DNA of 64,000 nt from an uncultured Chloroflexia bacterium. Lineage in GTDB: Bacteria > Chloroflexota > Limnocylindria > Limnocylindrales > CSP1-4. Numbering within the stretch: position 1 is the stretch's first letter; each line of letters opens with the position of its first letter. Both the position numbers and the translations under genes were made by a program. This document shows positions 39,403 to 51,813 of the stretch, one piece after another. A model generated the notes under the pieces. It worked only from the letters and a program-made list of their open reading frames with translations, did no database searches and was not told where the DNA came from. Where the stretch lies: positions 1,088,001 through 1,152,000 of the forward strand of contig CAVXPZ010000001.1 in NCBI GenBank assembly GCA_963763775.1. The letters run 5' to 3'.

Positions 39403-39908
39403 AGCTCCACGCCTCGGGTTCGGCCGGTCGCCTCGCCCCAATCCCACGCATCGATCAGCGGCGGCTCGACGCCGAGGTGCGTGAGCGCCGTGCAGATCTG
39501 GCTTCGATGGTCCGTGCCGTGGTGGACGACCTGCATGAGGCGCAGCGAGGCCGGCGCGTGGAAGTCCCAGCCCTTCCCGTGCTCGACCATGTCCGCGTCG
39601 ACGTCGAGGTCCGGTGCGCCGACCACGTCCGTCCAGGTCGGGCTGTTCGCCGCGAACGTCTCGCGGATCCGGTCGAGGCCGATCGAGTGGTCGTCATCGT
39701 CGAGCTCGACGACCTCCGTCGGTCGGAAGAACGACAGGTACCAGCCGTCCGCCCCGACGAGGTGGCGGATGGTGTCGAGGATCGGGCCGTACGTCCCGGG
39801 CGCCGGCTCAGCGAGTTGCTCGGGCGTCAGGGTGCCGAGCACCCCGAGGAGGCGCTCGGTCGCCCAGAGGTGGTGCGCCATGGCGTCGCGCAGGATGGAT
39901 TCGCTCAT
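39399..39908 (-). CDS. DinB family protein
   Basis: HHLWAT, TIRHL, QVVHHGTDHRSQ. Confidence 0.88.
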   Translation of the reverse strand: MSESILRDAMAHHLWATERLLGVLGTLTPEQLAEPAPGTYGPILDTIRHLVGADGWYLSFFRPTEVVELDDDDHSIGLDRIRETFAANSPTWTDVVGAPDLDVDADMVEHGKGWDFHAPASLRLMQVVHHGTDHRSQICTALTHLGVEPPLIDAWDWGEATGRTRGVEL

Positions 39909-40612
39909 CGTGGCTCCTTGCTGGCGGGCTGGGGTTCGGCCGCGTCGGCCCCGGCATCTGCCGCGAACTCGATCCGCATGACGACGCGGCGGAGCGTGGG
40001 GTGGGCCACCTCGGTCAGCCCGGCCGCCTCGAAGATGCTGCGCGTGCCCACGTGGGTCTCGCCCCAGGTGATCTCCTCGCCAGGGGTGGTGATCATCGGG
40101 TAGGCCTCGAGGGCGCGGGCGCCGCGCTCGCGGGCGAAGTCGACGGCGGCGCGGGCCAGGACGCGCGTGACCCCTCGTCGACGGAACCCGGCACGCGTCG
40201 CGAAGCAGGTCACTGCCCAGACACTCGGGTCGGCCGGGTCCTCGCCGCGGGCCTTCATCACCGTGCGCTGGCGCGGCAGGCCCGGATAGGCGGTCCGAGG
40301 CTCCACCGCGCACCAGCCCACGGGCTCGCCATCGAGGTACGCCACGAGGCCACTCGTCGTGCGGGCGCTGGGGTAGCCGCAGTGCGTCTCGGTCTCGAGG
40401 GCGTGCATCCGCTCGACCAGGCTCGTGCTGCTCCACTGGTAGTACCCGGTCTTGAACCGCTGGCACTGGCAGTGGGCCGGGTAGCCGCGCATGCCGAAGA
40501 CCGCCTGCAGGTCCTGCCACGACGCCTCGTTCGCCGGGACGACGGTCAGGTCGTCCGGGCCGAGCGTCGCGAGTCGCGGCTTATCCATCGAGCGGCTCGT
40601 CAGGGTGCGCAT
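39905..40612 (-). CDS. GNAT family N-acetyltransferase
   Basis: PVGWCAVEPR, WAVTCF, FRRRGV, LEAYP. Confidence 0.88.
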   Translation of the reverse strand: MRTLTSRSMDKPRLATLGPDDLTVVPANEASWQDLQAVFGMRGYPAHCQCQRFKTGYYQWSSTSLVERMHALETETHCGYPSARTTSGLVAYLDGEPVGWCAVEPRTAYPGLPRQRTVMKARGEDPADPSVWAVTCFATRAGFRRRGVTRVLARAAVDFARERGARALEAYPMITTPGEEITWGETHVGTRSIFEAAGLTEVAHPTLRRVVMRIEFAADAGADAAEPQPASKEPR

Positions 40613-40649
40613 GCCCCTCGATCGTCGGCCGCGAACCGGACAGCAGCTG

Positions 40650-41165
40650 TCACGAATCGAGCGGGTCGTCCGCGCGCCAGATGTAGACCGGGTCCAGGCC
40701 GTGGCTGCCGAGCGCGATCGCGAGCTCGCCGCCGTGGTACGCCTCGTGGGTCATGAGCCGCTGGAGGATCGAGCCGCGCGAATGGATCTGGGGGGTGTCG
40801 AAGATCGTGCGCTCGAACGGGTCCGCGAGCATCTCGGGCGTCCAGGCATCGAGCAGGCGGTCGATGATCGCGAAGCTGCTCTCGAGGGCGCCGACGAGCT
40901 CGGCGGCGCTCCGCGGGTGCGACAGGTCGTCCTCCCAGCCCTCGTCGGACGGCTTCGGCCACGGCGTGGTCTCGATGCCGGGCTCGCCGATGACCTCGCA
41001 CAGCCAGTACACGCGAGAGCCCGCGATGTGCGCGGTGATCGCCCAGACCGGCCAGTGCTCGGGCGCCGCCCGCAGCGCGAGCTGGTCGGCCGTCAGCGGC
41101 GCGATGGTCTCGACGAGGCGGCGGTCGTACTGCGGCCAGCGGTCGTAGAACGGGCGGATCGACAT
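40650..41165 (-). CDS. DinB family protein
   Basis: AHIAGSRVYW, RLMTHEAYHGGE. Confidence 0.85.
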   Translation of the reverse strand: MSIRPFYDRWPQYDRRLVETIAPLTADQLALRAAPEHWPVWAITAHIAGSRVYWLCEVIGEPGIETTPWPKPSDEGWEDDLSHPRSAAELVGALESSFAIIDRLLDAWTPEMLADPFERTIFDTPQIHSRGSILQRLMTHEAYHGGELAIALGSHGLDPVYIWRADDPLDS

Positions 41166-41224
41166 GGCGCCGAGTGTACGTCGGGGCGGAACGCCGGCGA
41201 CGAACGCGGGCGACCCGGACCGCG

Positions 41225-42358
41225 TCAGGCGCCGCCGAGGACGCGGACTTCGGCGCTCGGCAGGTCCGCCCACCAGCGGCGTAGCGGCGGTACACGTCCG
41301 GCTGCCGGTCGGCGAGGAACGCGATCAGGGCGCGGGCCTCCGTCTCGAGCCCGGCCCACGTGTCGTCGTCGAGGGGATGGAACGCGGTCGCCTCGATGCC
41401 GCCCTCGACCGGACGCCAGACGCCGGCCACGAAGCCGTCGACGAGCAGCGTCGGCAGGACGTCGCCGTTCGAGCGGATGGCCAGTCGCCGATGGTCCGGC
41501 GGGATGATCCGGCTCCGGTCCTTGTAGGCGAGGAGCGTGCTGTCCCACATCGCCATCAGCCTCGGCGGCGCCGGCGTGTCCTCGGACGGGAGGAGGCCAC
41601 CCGGCACGTCGAACAGCTCCTCGCCGTTCGGGCCCTCGTGGCGGACCAGGGTGTCACCAAGGGCGGCGAGCGCCTCCTTGGCGGGCGGCCGGTAGCATCG
41701 GCCCGAACTGGGCGATGTCCTGCATCGACGCGGGCCCGAACCCCTCGAGGTACCGAAGCACGAACGTTCGCATCGAGGTCGTGACATCACCCGGACGCGC
41801 CTGATCCCGGGCGCCGATGTACGACGGCCGCGGCCCGAACGACCATGGCGGGCTCGTCGCCGCGTGCACGAACGGGCCGATCTGGCGGAGCGCCCACCAG
41901 AGGTAGGCCTTCGGCGCACCGAACCGCGCCTCGAGCCAGCGCTCCACGTCGGCGTTGATCCTGGGCACGGCGGCGAAGGCCAGCAGGTCCGGCATGAGCG
42001 CCTCCGTGTCCGCGATCGAGACGCCCTCGTTCGCGAACCGACGGTCGTAGAGCCGAGCCGCCCGCAGCGTCGGCTGCATCGCCTCGTGGAAGCCCGGGTA
42101 GTCGTCGGCGGCGACCGCGTGGAGCGTGACGCGCATGAGCTGTGCCTTGACCACCGCCTGGTCGGCGAAGGCGGCGTCGAGGTCGCCCGGATCGAAGTCG
42201 GCGACCCGATTCCAGAGCGCGAGGTACGGCGAGGCTGGTTCCTGCGCCTGCATCGCGACGATCCGGCGGACCGCCTCCACGACATCGACCGGCTCGCGCC
42301 GCAGCAACAGCTGGCGGGCGAGGGTCGCACGGTTGAGCTGACGGGTGGTGAGCCGCAT
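41225..42358 (-). CDS. AlkZ/YcaQ-like winged-helix DNA glycosylase family protein; two frameshifts
   Basis: LNRATLARQLLL, MQAQ (QxQ motif), MRVTLH, YLEGFGPAS, LLVDGFVAGVW. Confidence 0.88.
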
Positions 42359-42529
42359 CCGGGAATCGTAGCGGCGCCGCGATCGTCGGTCGTGACAGGA
42401 AACGTCGAGGCACACGCTATGGTGGAGCGACTGCAAGCGCTGGACGGCTCGCCCCGCCGTCCGACCGAGCGCCCGCAGACCCCCGCGAAGTGCCCATTCC
42501 GGGTGGATCCGAATAGGAGTGAGGGATCG

Positions 42530-45500
42530 ATGATGATCGGTCGAGCGCGCGTGCTTCGGCGACTCCTGGTCTCGGCTGGAGCGGCGGTGCTCGTCGCGCC
42601 GACGCTCCTGGTCCTGCCCGTCGCCTCGACCGTCCCATCCGTGGCCGCAGCGACCACCGTCAGTCCGGTCGGCGGTTCGGATCCCATCGTCTTGACGGCC
42701 TCGGGCCCGAATGGCATCCGCGTCGCTGCCAGCGGCGCGATCGAAACGGCCGTCCAGTTCAACCCCGACACCTTCGACGTCGCCGCGGTCGTGGACGGCA
42801 ACGGCGTCGTCGATGGCACCGCACCCTGCGACTCGGCGGCGGTGGATCCGGAGCCAACGGGACCGTCACGTGCCTCAAGGTCACCGGCAACGAGATCGTC
42901 GTCGGGGCCGAGGGCCACATGAACGGCCCGGGCGGCTCGGCCGTCTCCTTCACCCTCTTCTTCACGGATAACGGCCCCGACGGCGCCACGGACACCTTCG
43001 CGTACGACGGCCCGAACGGCCAGGGCATGGGCGGCCCACCTGACTGCGACGCGACCAGCCCCACGCAGAAGACGCTGTGGTACGGCCAGGTCACGATCCT
43101 CGACCAGCCGTCCGAATCCGGCCAGGTGAGCGGCTCGGGCACGAGCGACCTCGGCTATGGCTACACCCGGACGTTCGCGTTCGACGCGACGCGCAACGCG
43201 GCGGGCGTGGTCACCGGGACCTTCTCGGTCAGCGAGGGCGCCGGCTTCGCGCTGTCCGGGTCGGTCGACTGCCTCGAGATCCACGGGCACCAGGCGATGC
43301 TCATCGGCCACGGGACGCCGTCGATGGGCGGCGGCGGAGGGACTCGCTACGCCACGTTCTTCGTCGAGGACTGGGGCACCTCGGGCATCGGGGACCGCAT
43401 GTCCGCCAACGAGTACGCGGGCATCGAGTCGTTCGGGTGTCTCGCGGCGCAGCAGACCCCCGGCACGCCGCTCCTGTCCGGCGACATCGCCGTGACCGGC
43501 CCCGGAAGCGGTCCGACGACGGCGACGCCGGCGCACCCGGTCATCGCCTCGGTCAGCAGCCCGAACGGCGGCCCCGTCACCGTCACCGAGTCGACCCCCG
43601 GTCCCCCGCCGCCCGGCTACACGCTCGTCGGGAAGCAGCTGCACATCGTCGCCCCTGCGGCGGACACAGCCGCGCCGCTGCATCTCGTGTTCACGGTCGA
43701 TGCGGCCACCCTGGCCTCGGCGACCCCGGCTCTCACGGCATCCACGGTCGTGGTCTTCCGCGATGGCGTCGCGGTCGACGACTGCACCTCGGACACCGGC
43801 GACGACCCCGCATCGCCGGATCCGTGTGTCTCGGATCGGACGACGCTGTCCGGTGGTGGCGACGCCGGTGACGCCCGCATCACCGTCCTCACGAGCCACG
43901 CCAGCGATTGGACGGTCGGGTCGGAGGAGACCGGGATCAGCCCCCTGGCGATCGACACGAGCCCCGCAGCCCCCGCGACCGTCGCGAAGCTCGCGATCTA
44001 CGAGAAGACCTTCCAGCTCAGCCGGACCTACGGCTCGAGCGACGTCAACGATCCCGCCAAGATCGCGGTCATCGGCACGTTCGTCGCGCCGAGCGGCGCG
44101 CACGTCGTCGTGCCGGCCTGGTACGGCAAGGACTACCAGGTCCAGGCGGGCACCGGCGTCGGCTCCTTCGAGGCCTACCTCGAGCGGTCCCCGGACGCCG
44201 TCTGGCACGTCCGGTTCTCACCGGACCAGGTCGGTACCTGGACCTACACGCTGACCGCCCACGATCTCATCTCGGGCCAGGAGGCCACGGTCGACTCCGC
44301 CACGCTCACGTTCGATGCGACCGCGTCCAGCGCGCACGGCCAGGTCGGGCGCGACGGACGCGACGCCCGCTTCCTGCGCTATGCGGACGGCACGCCCTAT
44401 CTCCCGATGGGCGAGAACGTCGGCTTCCAGCAGGGCGAGCCGGCCGGGAATGACGGCGAGCACTACGTCGAGCCGCTCTTCGCCTCGATGCAGGCCGCGG
44501 GTCAGAACTGGACGCGCATCTGGATGACCGACTTCAACCGCAACGCCCTCGAGTGGTCATCGACGCACTGGGCTGGGTGGTACACCGGCGTCGGGCAGTA
44601 CGCCGGACAGTCGGCGTTCCGCATCGAGCGGCAGCTCGACGTCGCGGCGCAGCATGGCCTCCAGGTGCAACTCGTGATCGACGATCACGGCCAGGTCCGG
44701 AGCCAGAGCGACGGCCGCTGGGCCGAGAACCCGTATAGCGATGCCAACGGCGGACCGGTCCCGGCCGCCCACCCCGAGCAGTTCTTCACGAACACCGAGG
44801 CGAAGCGGCTCTTCAAGGAGCGGCTGCGCTATCTCGTGGCTCGGTACGGCGCCTATCGCAACCTGCTGGCCTGGGAGCTGTTCAACGAGGTCCAGTTCGT
44901 CGGTTCGGACAGCGCCAACCCGGGCAACAGCGCCCAGGTCCGTGGCGACATCGTCGCGTGGCACGCCGAGATGGCGGCCTACCTGCGTTCGATCGACCCG
45001 TTCCACCACCTCATCACCACGAGCTCCGACATCGATTCGAGCCTCAAGGACATCTGGGCCGACCCGAACATCGACCTGGTCCAGGTCCACGACTACGACC
45101 CAGCCCTGACGACGCGCGATACGCGGTTCGCCGGGTACGTCGACTCGCTCAACGCCACGTACGGCAAGCCCGTGATCATCGCGGAGTTCGGGATCGCCGG
45201 CGACAAGGAAGTCAACTTCGATCCGGTCGCGTCCGCGCCACTCGACGCGGACGAGGAGCATCTCCTCGAGGCCACGCACCTCCACAACGCCGAGTGGGCC
45301 GCCGCGATGTCCGGCACGGGCGCGATGTCGTGGTGGTGGGGCGCCTACATCGCGGCGTCGCCGTCGTATCACCGGACGTCGCCGGAGTTCCCGGCCAACG
45401 AGCGCATCAACCCGCCGATCCGCGACTTCTTCGCGGGCGAAGACCTCGCGGGGATGAGCCTGCATCGCTCACAGATCACGGCGCCGTCCGGCGTCGTCGC

Positions 45501-48500
45501 CATCGGGATGAACGGGCCGTCGAAGGGCTTCGCCTGGATCCGAGACGCCGACAACGAGTACGGCACCGGTTCGCGGCCGGGCGATCTTGCGGGCCGCACC
45601 ATGCATGGGGTCACCGTCGCGTTCGACCTCGGTGACTCCGCCCTTATGACGTCGAGGTCCATGACCCGTGGGGCATCGTCCCGACGAGCGACCAGGTCGT
45701 CTATCCGTCCGGCGGCACGCTCACCGTGACCCTGCCGGACTTCACTCGCGACGTCGCGATCAAGTTCACGGCCCTCGATTCGGCCACGGCGGCGCATCCG
45801 GTCATCGGGTTCGTCTACAGCCCGGCCGGCGGGCCGGTGACGATCGTCGAGTCGGACCCCGGCACCCCGCCCGTCGGTTCCGGGTACACGTATCTCGGGC
45901 GTCGCCTCACGGTCGCCGCCCCGCCGGCCTCCACGACCTCGCCGATCTACTTCACGTTCAACGTCGATGCCTCCGTCCTGGCCGCCGCCGATCCCGACCT
46001 CACGGCGGACACCGTCACGGTGTTCTACGACGATGTCCCGGTCCGGCGGTGCACGCCCTCGTACTCGGATCCCAACGCCACGCCGGATCCGTGCGTCTCC
46101 ACTCGGTATCCGCTCGGCGCGGGCGAGGACGACGGCGATGTCCTGCTCTCGATCGTCGGGAGCCACGCCGGCACCTGGACGTTCGGGACCGTCCCGCCGC
46201 GGGTGCCCGTGCCCACCACCGTGGTCGGCAACGGGGACAACCTGAACCAGAACAGCCCGCGGACCTTCGAGTTCGTGGCCGTCCTCGACGCCCAGGGCGT
46301 CGCCGACGGGACGATCACGCGGACCGAGAGCGGCGTCACGCTCGCCGGACCCGTGACCTGCCTCTATGTCGACGGGCACGACATCATCGTCGGCGGCCGG
46401 GATGACGCCACGAGCGGCGGACCGACGTGGTTCACGTTGTATCTGACCGACGGTGGCCCGGTGAGCTATCAGGACGACGTCGTGTTCGGCAGCCCGAACC
46501 AGTCGACGCCCGCGGACTGTTCGCCGGCCGGGGACTTCGGCGGCCATCAGCCGTTCGCCGGCCAGGTCACCGTCCTGGACGGGCCGTCGCTGGTCGGTCT
46601 CGTCCATGGCGACGGCACCTATCACATCGGCAACGGCGTCATGCGCACCGTCGCGGTCGATGCCACTCGCCTGGCCGACGGCAGCGTCAGCGGGACGTAC
46701 GCCATCGAGGATCCCTCGACGTCGCGAGCCGGGAGCGTCGACTGCCTCGACATCCGCCCGGATCGCACGACGATCATCGGCCACGGTCCGGACCCGGCGC
46801 ATCCGACTGGTCCCGACATCTACACCTCGATCTTCATCCGGGACGACGCGCCGGACAATGCGGGCGGGGACACGATCTGGCTGAACGCCGATCGAAGCTC
46901 GTTGCCGTTCGATTGTCTCGCGGCGCCGGCGATGACTGAGCAGTCGCTCATGACGGGCGCGATGCAGGTCGAGGCCGGGGTCGCTCCCGACCCGACGATC
47001 GTCCGCGCCGCGGTGCTGTCCGGAGGATCGCTGACCAGCCGGCCGGTCGCCGATGCCGCGCATCCGCTCATCGCCGCTGTCTCGAGCCCGGTGACCGCCC
47101 TGGTCGCCATCCAGGAAGGGTCGGCGACGGGTCCCGCACCGGCAGGCTCCGCCTACCTCGATCCGCAGCTGGACATCACGGCACCATCCGCGAGCGCGGC
47201 TATGCCGCTCACGATCGCCCTGACCGTGGACCAGGACACGCTCACCTCGACGACGCCTGATCTGACCGCGCAGGATCTCGCGGCGTTCCTGGACGGCGTC
47301 CGGATCAAGGCCTGCACGCTCGATGGGTCCGACGATCCCGCGCGACCGGATCCCTGTGTCTCGGCGCGTCAGACCCTGCACGGCGGATCCGACGAAGGCG
47401 ACGCACGACTCGTCATCGAGACCAGCCACAGCGGCCGCTTCAACGTGGGCTCCGGACCGGCGGCTGCCGCTCCTGGCGCGCCACACGGCGTGTCCGCGAC
47501 GCCCGGCAACCACCAGGCGCTGGTGACATGGTCCCCACCGACCGACGACGGCGGCAACATCCTGACCACCTATACCGTGACCGCGAGCCCGGGCGGACGG
47601 ACGGTGACCGTGCCCGCCGCGCAGACCGTTGCCTCCGTTGACGGCCTGCTCAACGGCGGCACCTACACCTTCCGCGTCCGCGCGTCGAACGACATCGGGA
47701 CCGGTCCCGAATTCGGCCGACTCCAATGCGATCAGCCCGATCAGCACGTATCGAGACCTGACGCACATCTCGACCGGGATGCCCGATGGCCAGTACGCGA
47801 TCTTCGCCGGGATGACCCCGGACGGCTCGCACATCTACTACCGCCGATATGACAACCCGAACGACACCCAGGTCCTGTACGAGTGGACGGCGGGTGGCAC
47901 CAAGATCATCTCGACCGGTCCAGGCGGGCCGGCCCACGTCGCCGACTTCGTCGGCGTGTCGACGGACGGCTCCCGCGTGCTCTTCAGGACGACGAGTGCC
48001 CTCGTGCCCGGCGATACCGATGGCGACCGAGGACGTCTACGCCCGGGAAGGGACCACCACGACCCTGGTCTCGACAGGCCCGACTGACGGCAACGTGATG
48101 ACGCCGTCGTACGCCCAATGGTGGTCGAGCGACGCCCGGCAGGTCGTCTTCAGCACCGCCGCCGCGCTCGTTGCGGCCGACACCGACACCCGGACCGACC
48201 TCTACCTGCGCGACGGGACGACCACCACGCTCCTCAGCGTCGGCCCGACCGGCGGCAGCGATGACACGTACCTGGCGAAGCCAGTCTCGGAGCGGTGAAG
48301 ACCGACCCCGGCTGCGGGTGTCCGCGCGTCTACTTCCAGACGTACGAAGCCCTGACGCCTGACGACCAGGACAGCGATTTCGACGTCTACGAGTGGTTCC
48401 AGGGAACGCTCAGGCTCGCCACCCCGGCACGAACGGCGTGTTCGCCTACTTCATCGGGGCCGCGCCGGACGGTTCGCGTGTCCTCTTCGCCACCGACGCG

Positions 48501-51196
48501 GCGCTCGACCCGGCCGATCACAACACCGACTACGACGTCTACGCGATCACGACGGGCGGCCCCTCCTTGGTTTCGACGGGTGCCCCCGGTGACTCGACCT
48601 TCCCCTCCCCGATCTTCGTCTCCGCCGATGCATCGGCCTTCGTCTTCTACAGCACGGCTCGCCTCGTTCCCGAGGATCTCGACGACGAGAACGATCTGTA
48701 CATGTCGAAGGGCGGGTCGTTCCGCCTGGTGGCTGACGGAGCCTACCAACTGTCCTGGTCCCAGTTCGTCGGCAACCGCTTCTATGTCTCGACGAGTCAA
48801 CCGATCGATCCTGCGGACACCGACACCCGGCTCGACGTCTACGACGCGACCGACGCAGCGGCCCGTCTGACGACGCCGTTCGACGGCGGGTACGACATCC
48901 AGTTCTACCAGTACTCCGTGGACGGCCACTACGGCTTCCTCGGCGCGTCGCGGCTGACCCCGGACGACCACGACAACGTCACGGACGTCTACCGGTTCGA
49001 CCTGATCGATCCCGGCGCACCCGTGCTCGTTTCGGCCGGCGCGACCCTCGCCGGCGATTGGGGCACGACATTCGCCGGCGCGTCCGACGACGGGCAGTTC
49101 GTGGCCCTCGGGTCGAACGATCGGTTGACCGCGGACGACACCGAGCCCGCGAACACCGTGAACTCGGCGGACGTCTATCTCAGCCGGATCGTCCCGGTGC
49201 CCAGGAGGCCGTGGCAGCCGGAGGCATCGTTTCGAGCGGGGATGTCGCCGCGCCCTCCCACCCGGTCATCGCGGCCGTGACCAGCCCGAACGGCGGGCAG
49301 GTGACGATCACCGAGAGCGCGCCCGGCAACGCCGCCGCTCGGCTACACCTTCCTCGGGCGCCAGCTGGATATCAGTGCCCCGGCGGCCAGCGCGGCGAAC
49401 CCGCTGACCATCGAACTCACGATCGACGCGGCGACCCTCGCCGCTGCCGAACCCGATCTGACGGCCGCCACCGTCGCGATCCTCCGTGACGGCGTTCCGG
49501 TCGCGGAGTGCACCACCTCGACCCTGGACGCCCCGGCGACGCCGGACCCGTGCGTCAGCGCGCCGCGTCACGCTGTCGCGGTCCCGGCAGCGACGGGGAC
49601 GCGAAGATCACGGTCCTGACCAGCCATGCCAGCGCCTGGAACGTCGGCCCGCCGCCGGCCTTCTCCGTACCCGACGCGCCGACCGGCGTGGCCGCCACGA
49701 AGGGCGACACGAACGCGACCGTCACCTGGACGGCCCCGGCGAACGACGGTCACAGCACGATCACCGGCTACACCGTCACCTCGACGCCCGGCAACAAGAC
49801 CGCCACGGTCGGCGGCGGCGTGACACGTCGCGACCGTGACCGGCCTCACCAACGGCACGTCCTATCGGTTCTCCGTCACGGCCACGAACGCGATCGGGAC
49901 CGGGCCGGCGTCGGCGCTGTCGAACGCCGTCACCCCGGCCGTCCCGGCGAGCCAGACCATCACGTTCGCCAGCCCGGGCGCCCACACGATGCTCCAGACG
50001 CCGTTCACGGCAACGGCGACCGCCAGCTCTGGGCTGCCCGTCACCTTGACGTCCACGACGCCGAGCATCTGCACGACCTCCGGCCTCCAGGTCACCCTCG
50101 TGGCCGCGGGATCGTGCTCGATCACGGCGACGCAGCCCGGCAACCCCGACTACAAGCCGGCCAACCCCGTCACGCGCGCGTTCACGGTCAGCCAGGTCGC
50201 CCAGACGATCACGTTCGCGAAGCCCGCGAACCAGCTCCTGACCACCCCGACGATCACCGTCACGGCCACGTCCAGATGCCGGTCTGCCGGTCACCGTGGC
50301 CTCCACGACCCCGTCGGTCTGCACCGTGAGCGGCTTCGATGTCGCCCTCCTCGCGGTCGGATCGTGCTCGCTGACGGCAACCCAGGGCGGCAACGCGACC
50401 TACAAGGCGGCGACGGCCGTCACGCGGGCGTTCACCGTCGACCAGGCGAGCCAGACGATCACCTTCGCGAAGCCCGCGAACCAGGTCCTGACGACACCGT
50501 CGATCACGGTGCACGGCAACGTCGAGCTCGGGCCTGCCGGTGACCCTGACCTCGACGACGACCGCGATCTGCACGGTGAGCGGCTTCGACATCGCGCTGC
50601 TCACGGCCGGCACGTGCTCCATCACGGCCACGCAGCCCGGCAATGCGAACGTCAAGGCCGCCACGGCTGTCGTTCGTACCGTTCACCGTGAGCCAGGCGA
50701 CCCAGACCATCACCTTCGCGGCGCCGACAAGCCACACGCTGCTCCAGACGCCGTTCACGGTCAGCGCGACGGCCACGTCCGGTCTGACCGTCACGCTGAC
50801 GTCCACGACGACCGGCGTCTGCACCGTCGCGGGTTCCAGGTCAGCCTGCTGGCCGCGGGCAACTGCTCGCTCACCGCGAGCCAGGCCGGGACCACCGTCT
50901 ACAAGGCCGCGAGCCCGGTGAGTCGCACGTTCAGCGTCACCAAGGCTCCGCAGACCATCACGATCCCGAACCCGGGGCCACGGTCGCTGACGGCCCCGAC
51001 GGTCGTGCTGGCGCCGTCATCGACGTCCGGCCTGACGGTCACCCTGACGAGTCAGAGCACGACGATCTGCACCGTCAGCGGCAACACCGTGACGCTCAAG
51101 AAGACCGGCACCTGCAAGATCCACGGCGTCCAGGCCGGCAACGCCGTCTTCGCCGCCGCGACCCCGGTCGACATCCAGTTCATCGTCAATCCGTAA
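42530..51196 (+). CDS. Giant (~2,900 aa) secreted modular protein: repeated Cys modules, clan GH-A (GH5-like) catalytic domain, two Fn3, beta-propeller-like region, five Ig-like repeats; broken by many indels
   Basis: Signal peptide at 42530; ORFs 42919..45729, 45726..47852, 47629..48087, 47849..48298, 48393..49280, 49508..50329, 49836..50543, 50296..50691 and 50540..51196 join mid-domain; WELFNE and KPVIIAEFG catalytic motifs. Confidence 0.75.
49950..51190 (+). repeat. Five tandem ~249-bp repeats encoding QTITF Ig-like domains
   Basis: Units start near 49953, 50202, 50452, 50703 and 50951: QTIT(F/I)...SGL.VTL.S.T..(I/V)CT.SG...G.C...Q.G. Confidence 0.85.
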
Positions 51197-51240
51197 GCCC
51201 TCGCTCGCCGGCGGCACGGAGGCCCACGCCGTCGGCTCGA

Positions 51241-51723
51241 CTACTCGGACCGCGGCTCCAGGATCACGAGCGCCGTCTCGCGCGAGCGTTGCGCGGCGCT
51301 CGCGTCGTTGAAGGCCGAGCTGCCGAGGCCGACGAAGGCCGCCCACAGTCGGGCTCGCTCCTCCCCCACCGCGGCGCGGGCGGTCACGGCTCGCGTGCCG
51401 TCGGGCAGCTCGACCGTGGCGAGCGGGTGCGCCTGGAGGTTGAGCCACCACGCGGGCTCGGGGTCGGCCCAGCCGTTCATCGCCGGCGTGACGAGGTTCG
51501 GGCCGTCCTCGATGTAGCCGACGATCGCGACCCGTTCGGTGCCCGAGCGGCGCCCGACCGTGTGGAGTCGGAGCATCCCCCACTGCCGGTCGGTCGCGGG
51601 TCGGAGGCCGACCCGGCCGCCCGAGACCCGATACAGCGCTCGATGGCCGATCCAGATCGTCCGGACGAGCCAACGCGGGACATGGGGCGGCGCCTTCTGG
51701 GCGTCGAGGTCGATCTCGGTCAC
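51241..51723 (-). CDS. Deazaflavin (F420)-dependent nitroreductase family oxidoreductase
   Basis: LHTVGRRSG.ER, PAWWLNLQAHP.ATV. Confidence 0.88.
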   Translation of the reverse strand: MTEIDLDAQKAPPHVPRWLVRTIWIGHRALYRVSGGRVGLRPATDRQWGMLRLHTVGRRSGTERVAIVGYIEDGPNLVTPAMNGWADPEPAWWLNLQAHPLATVELPDGTRAVTARAAVGEERARLWAAFVGLGSSAFNDASAAQRSRETALVILEPRSE

Positions 51724-51751
51724 GGTGGATCCTCCAGGCTGGTCGCTCGTG

Positions 51752-51779
51752 AGTCTACGGTGTAGACTACGCCGTAAAC
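51752..51779. promoter_or_regulatory. Putative TetR operator(s)
   Basis: Perfect palindrome AGTCTAC-GGT-GTAGACT (51752-51768) overlapping the related GACTACGCCGTAAAC between divergent DDN and tetR genes. Confidence 0.75.
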
Positions 51780-51813
51780 ATACCCGGCTCGACGTACACT
51801 CGTCAAGGCGTCG

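Noticed and set aside
40600-44208. 1202-aa minus-strand ORF
   Set aside because: Mostly antisense to the giant protein or off-frame; only a middle segment belongs to the frameshifted AlkZ gene.
49950-51190. Regularly spaced DNA repeats as a possible CRISPR array
   Set aside because: The ~249-bp units are degenerate, protein-coding Ig-like repeats, with no short identical repeats, unique spacers or cas genes.
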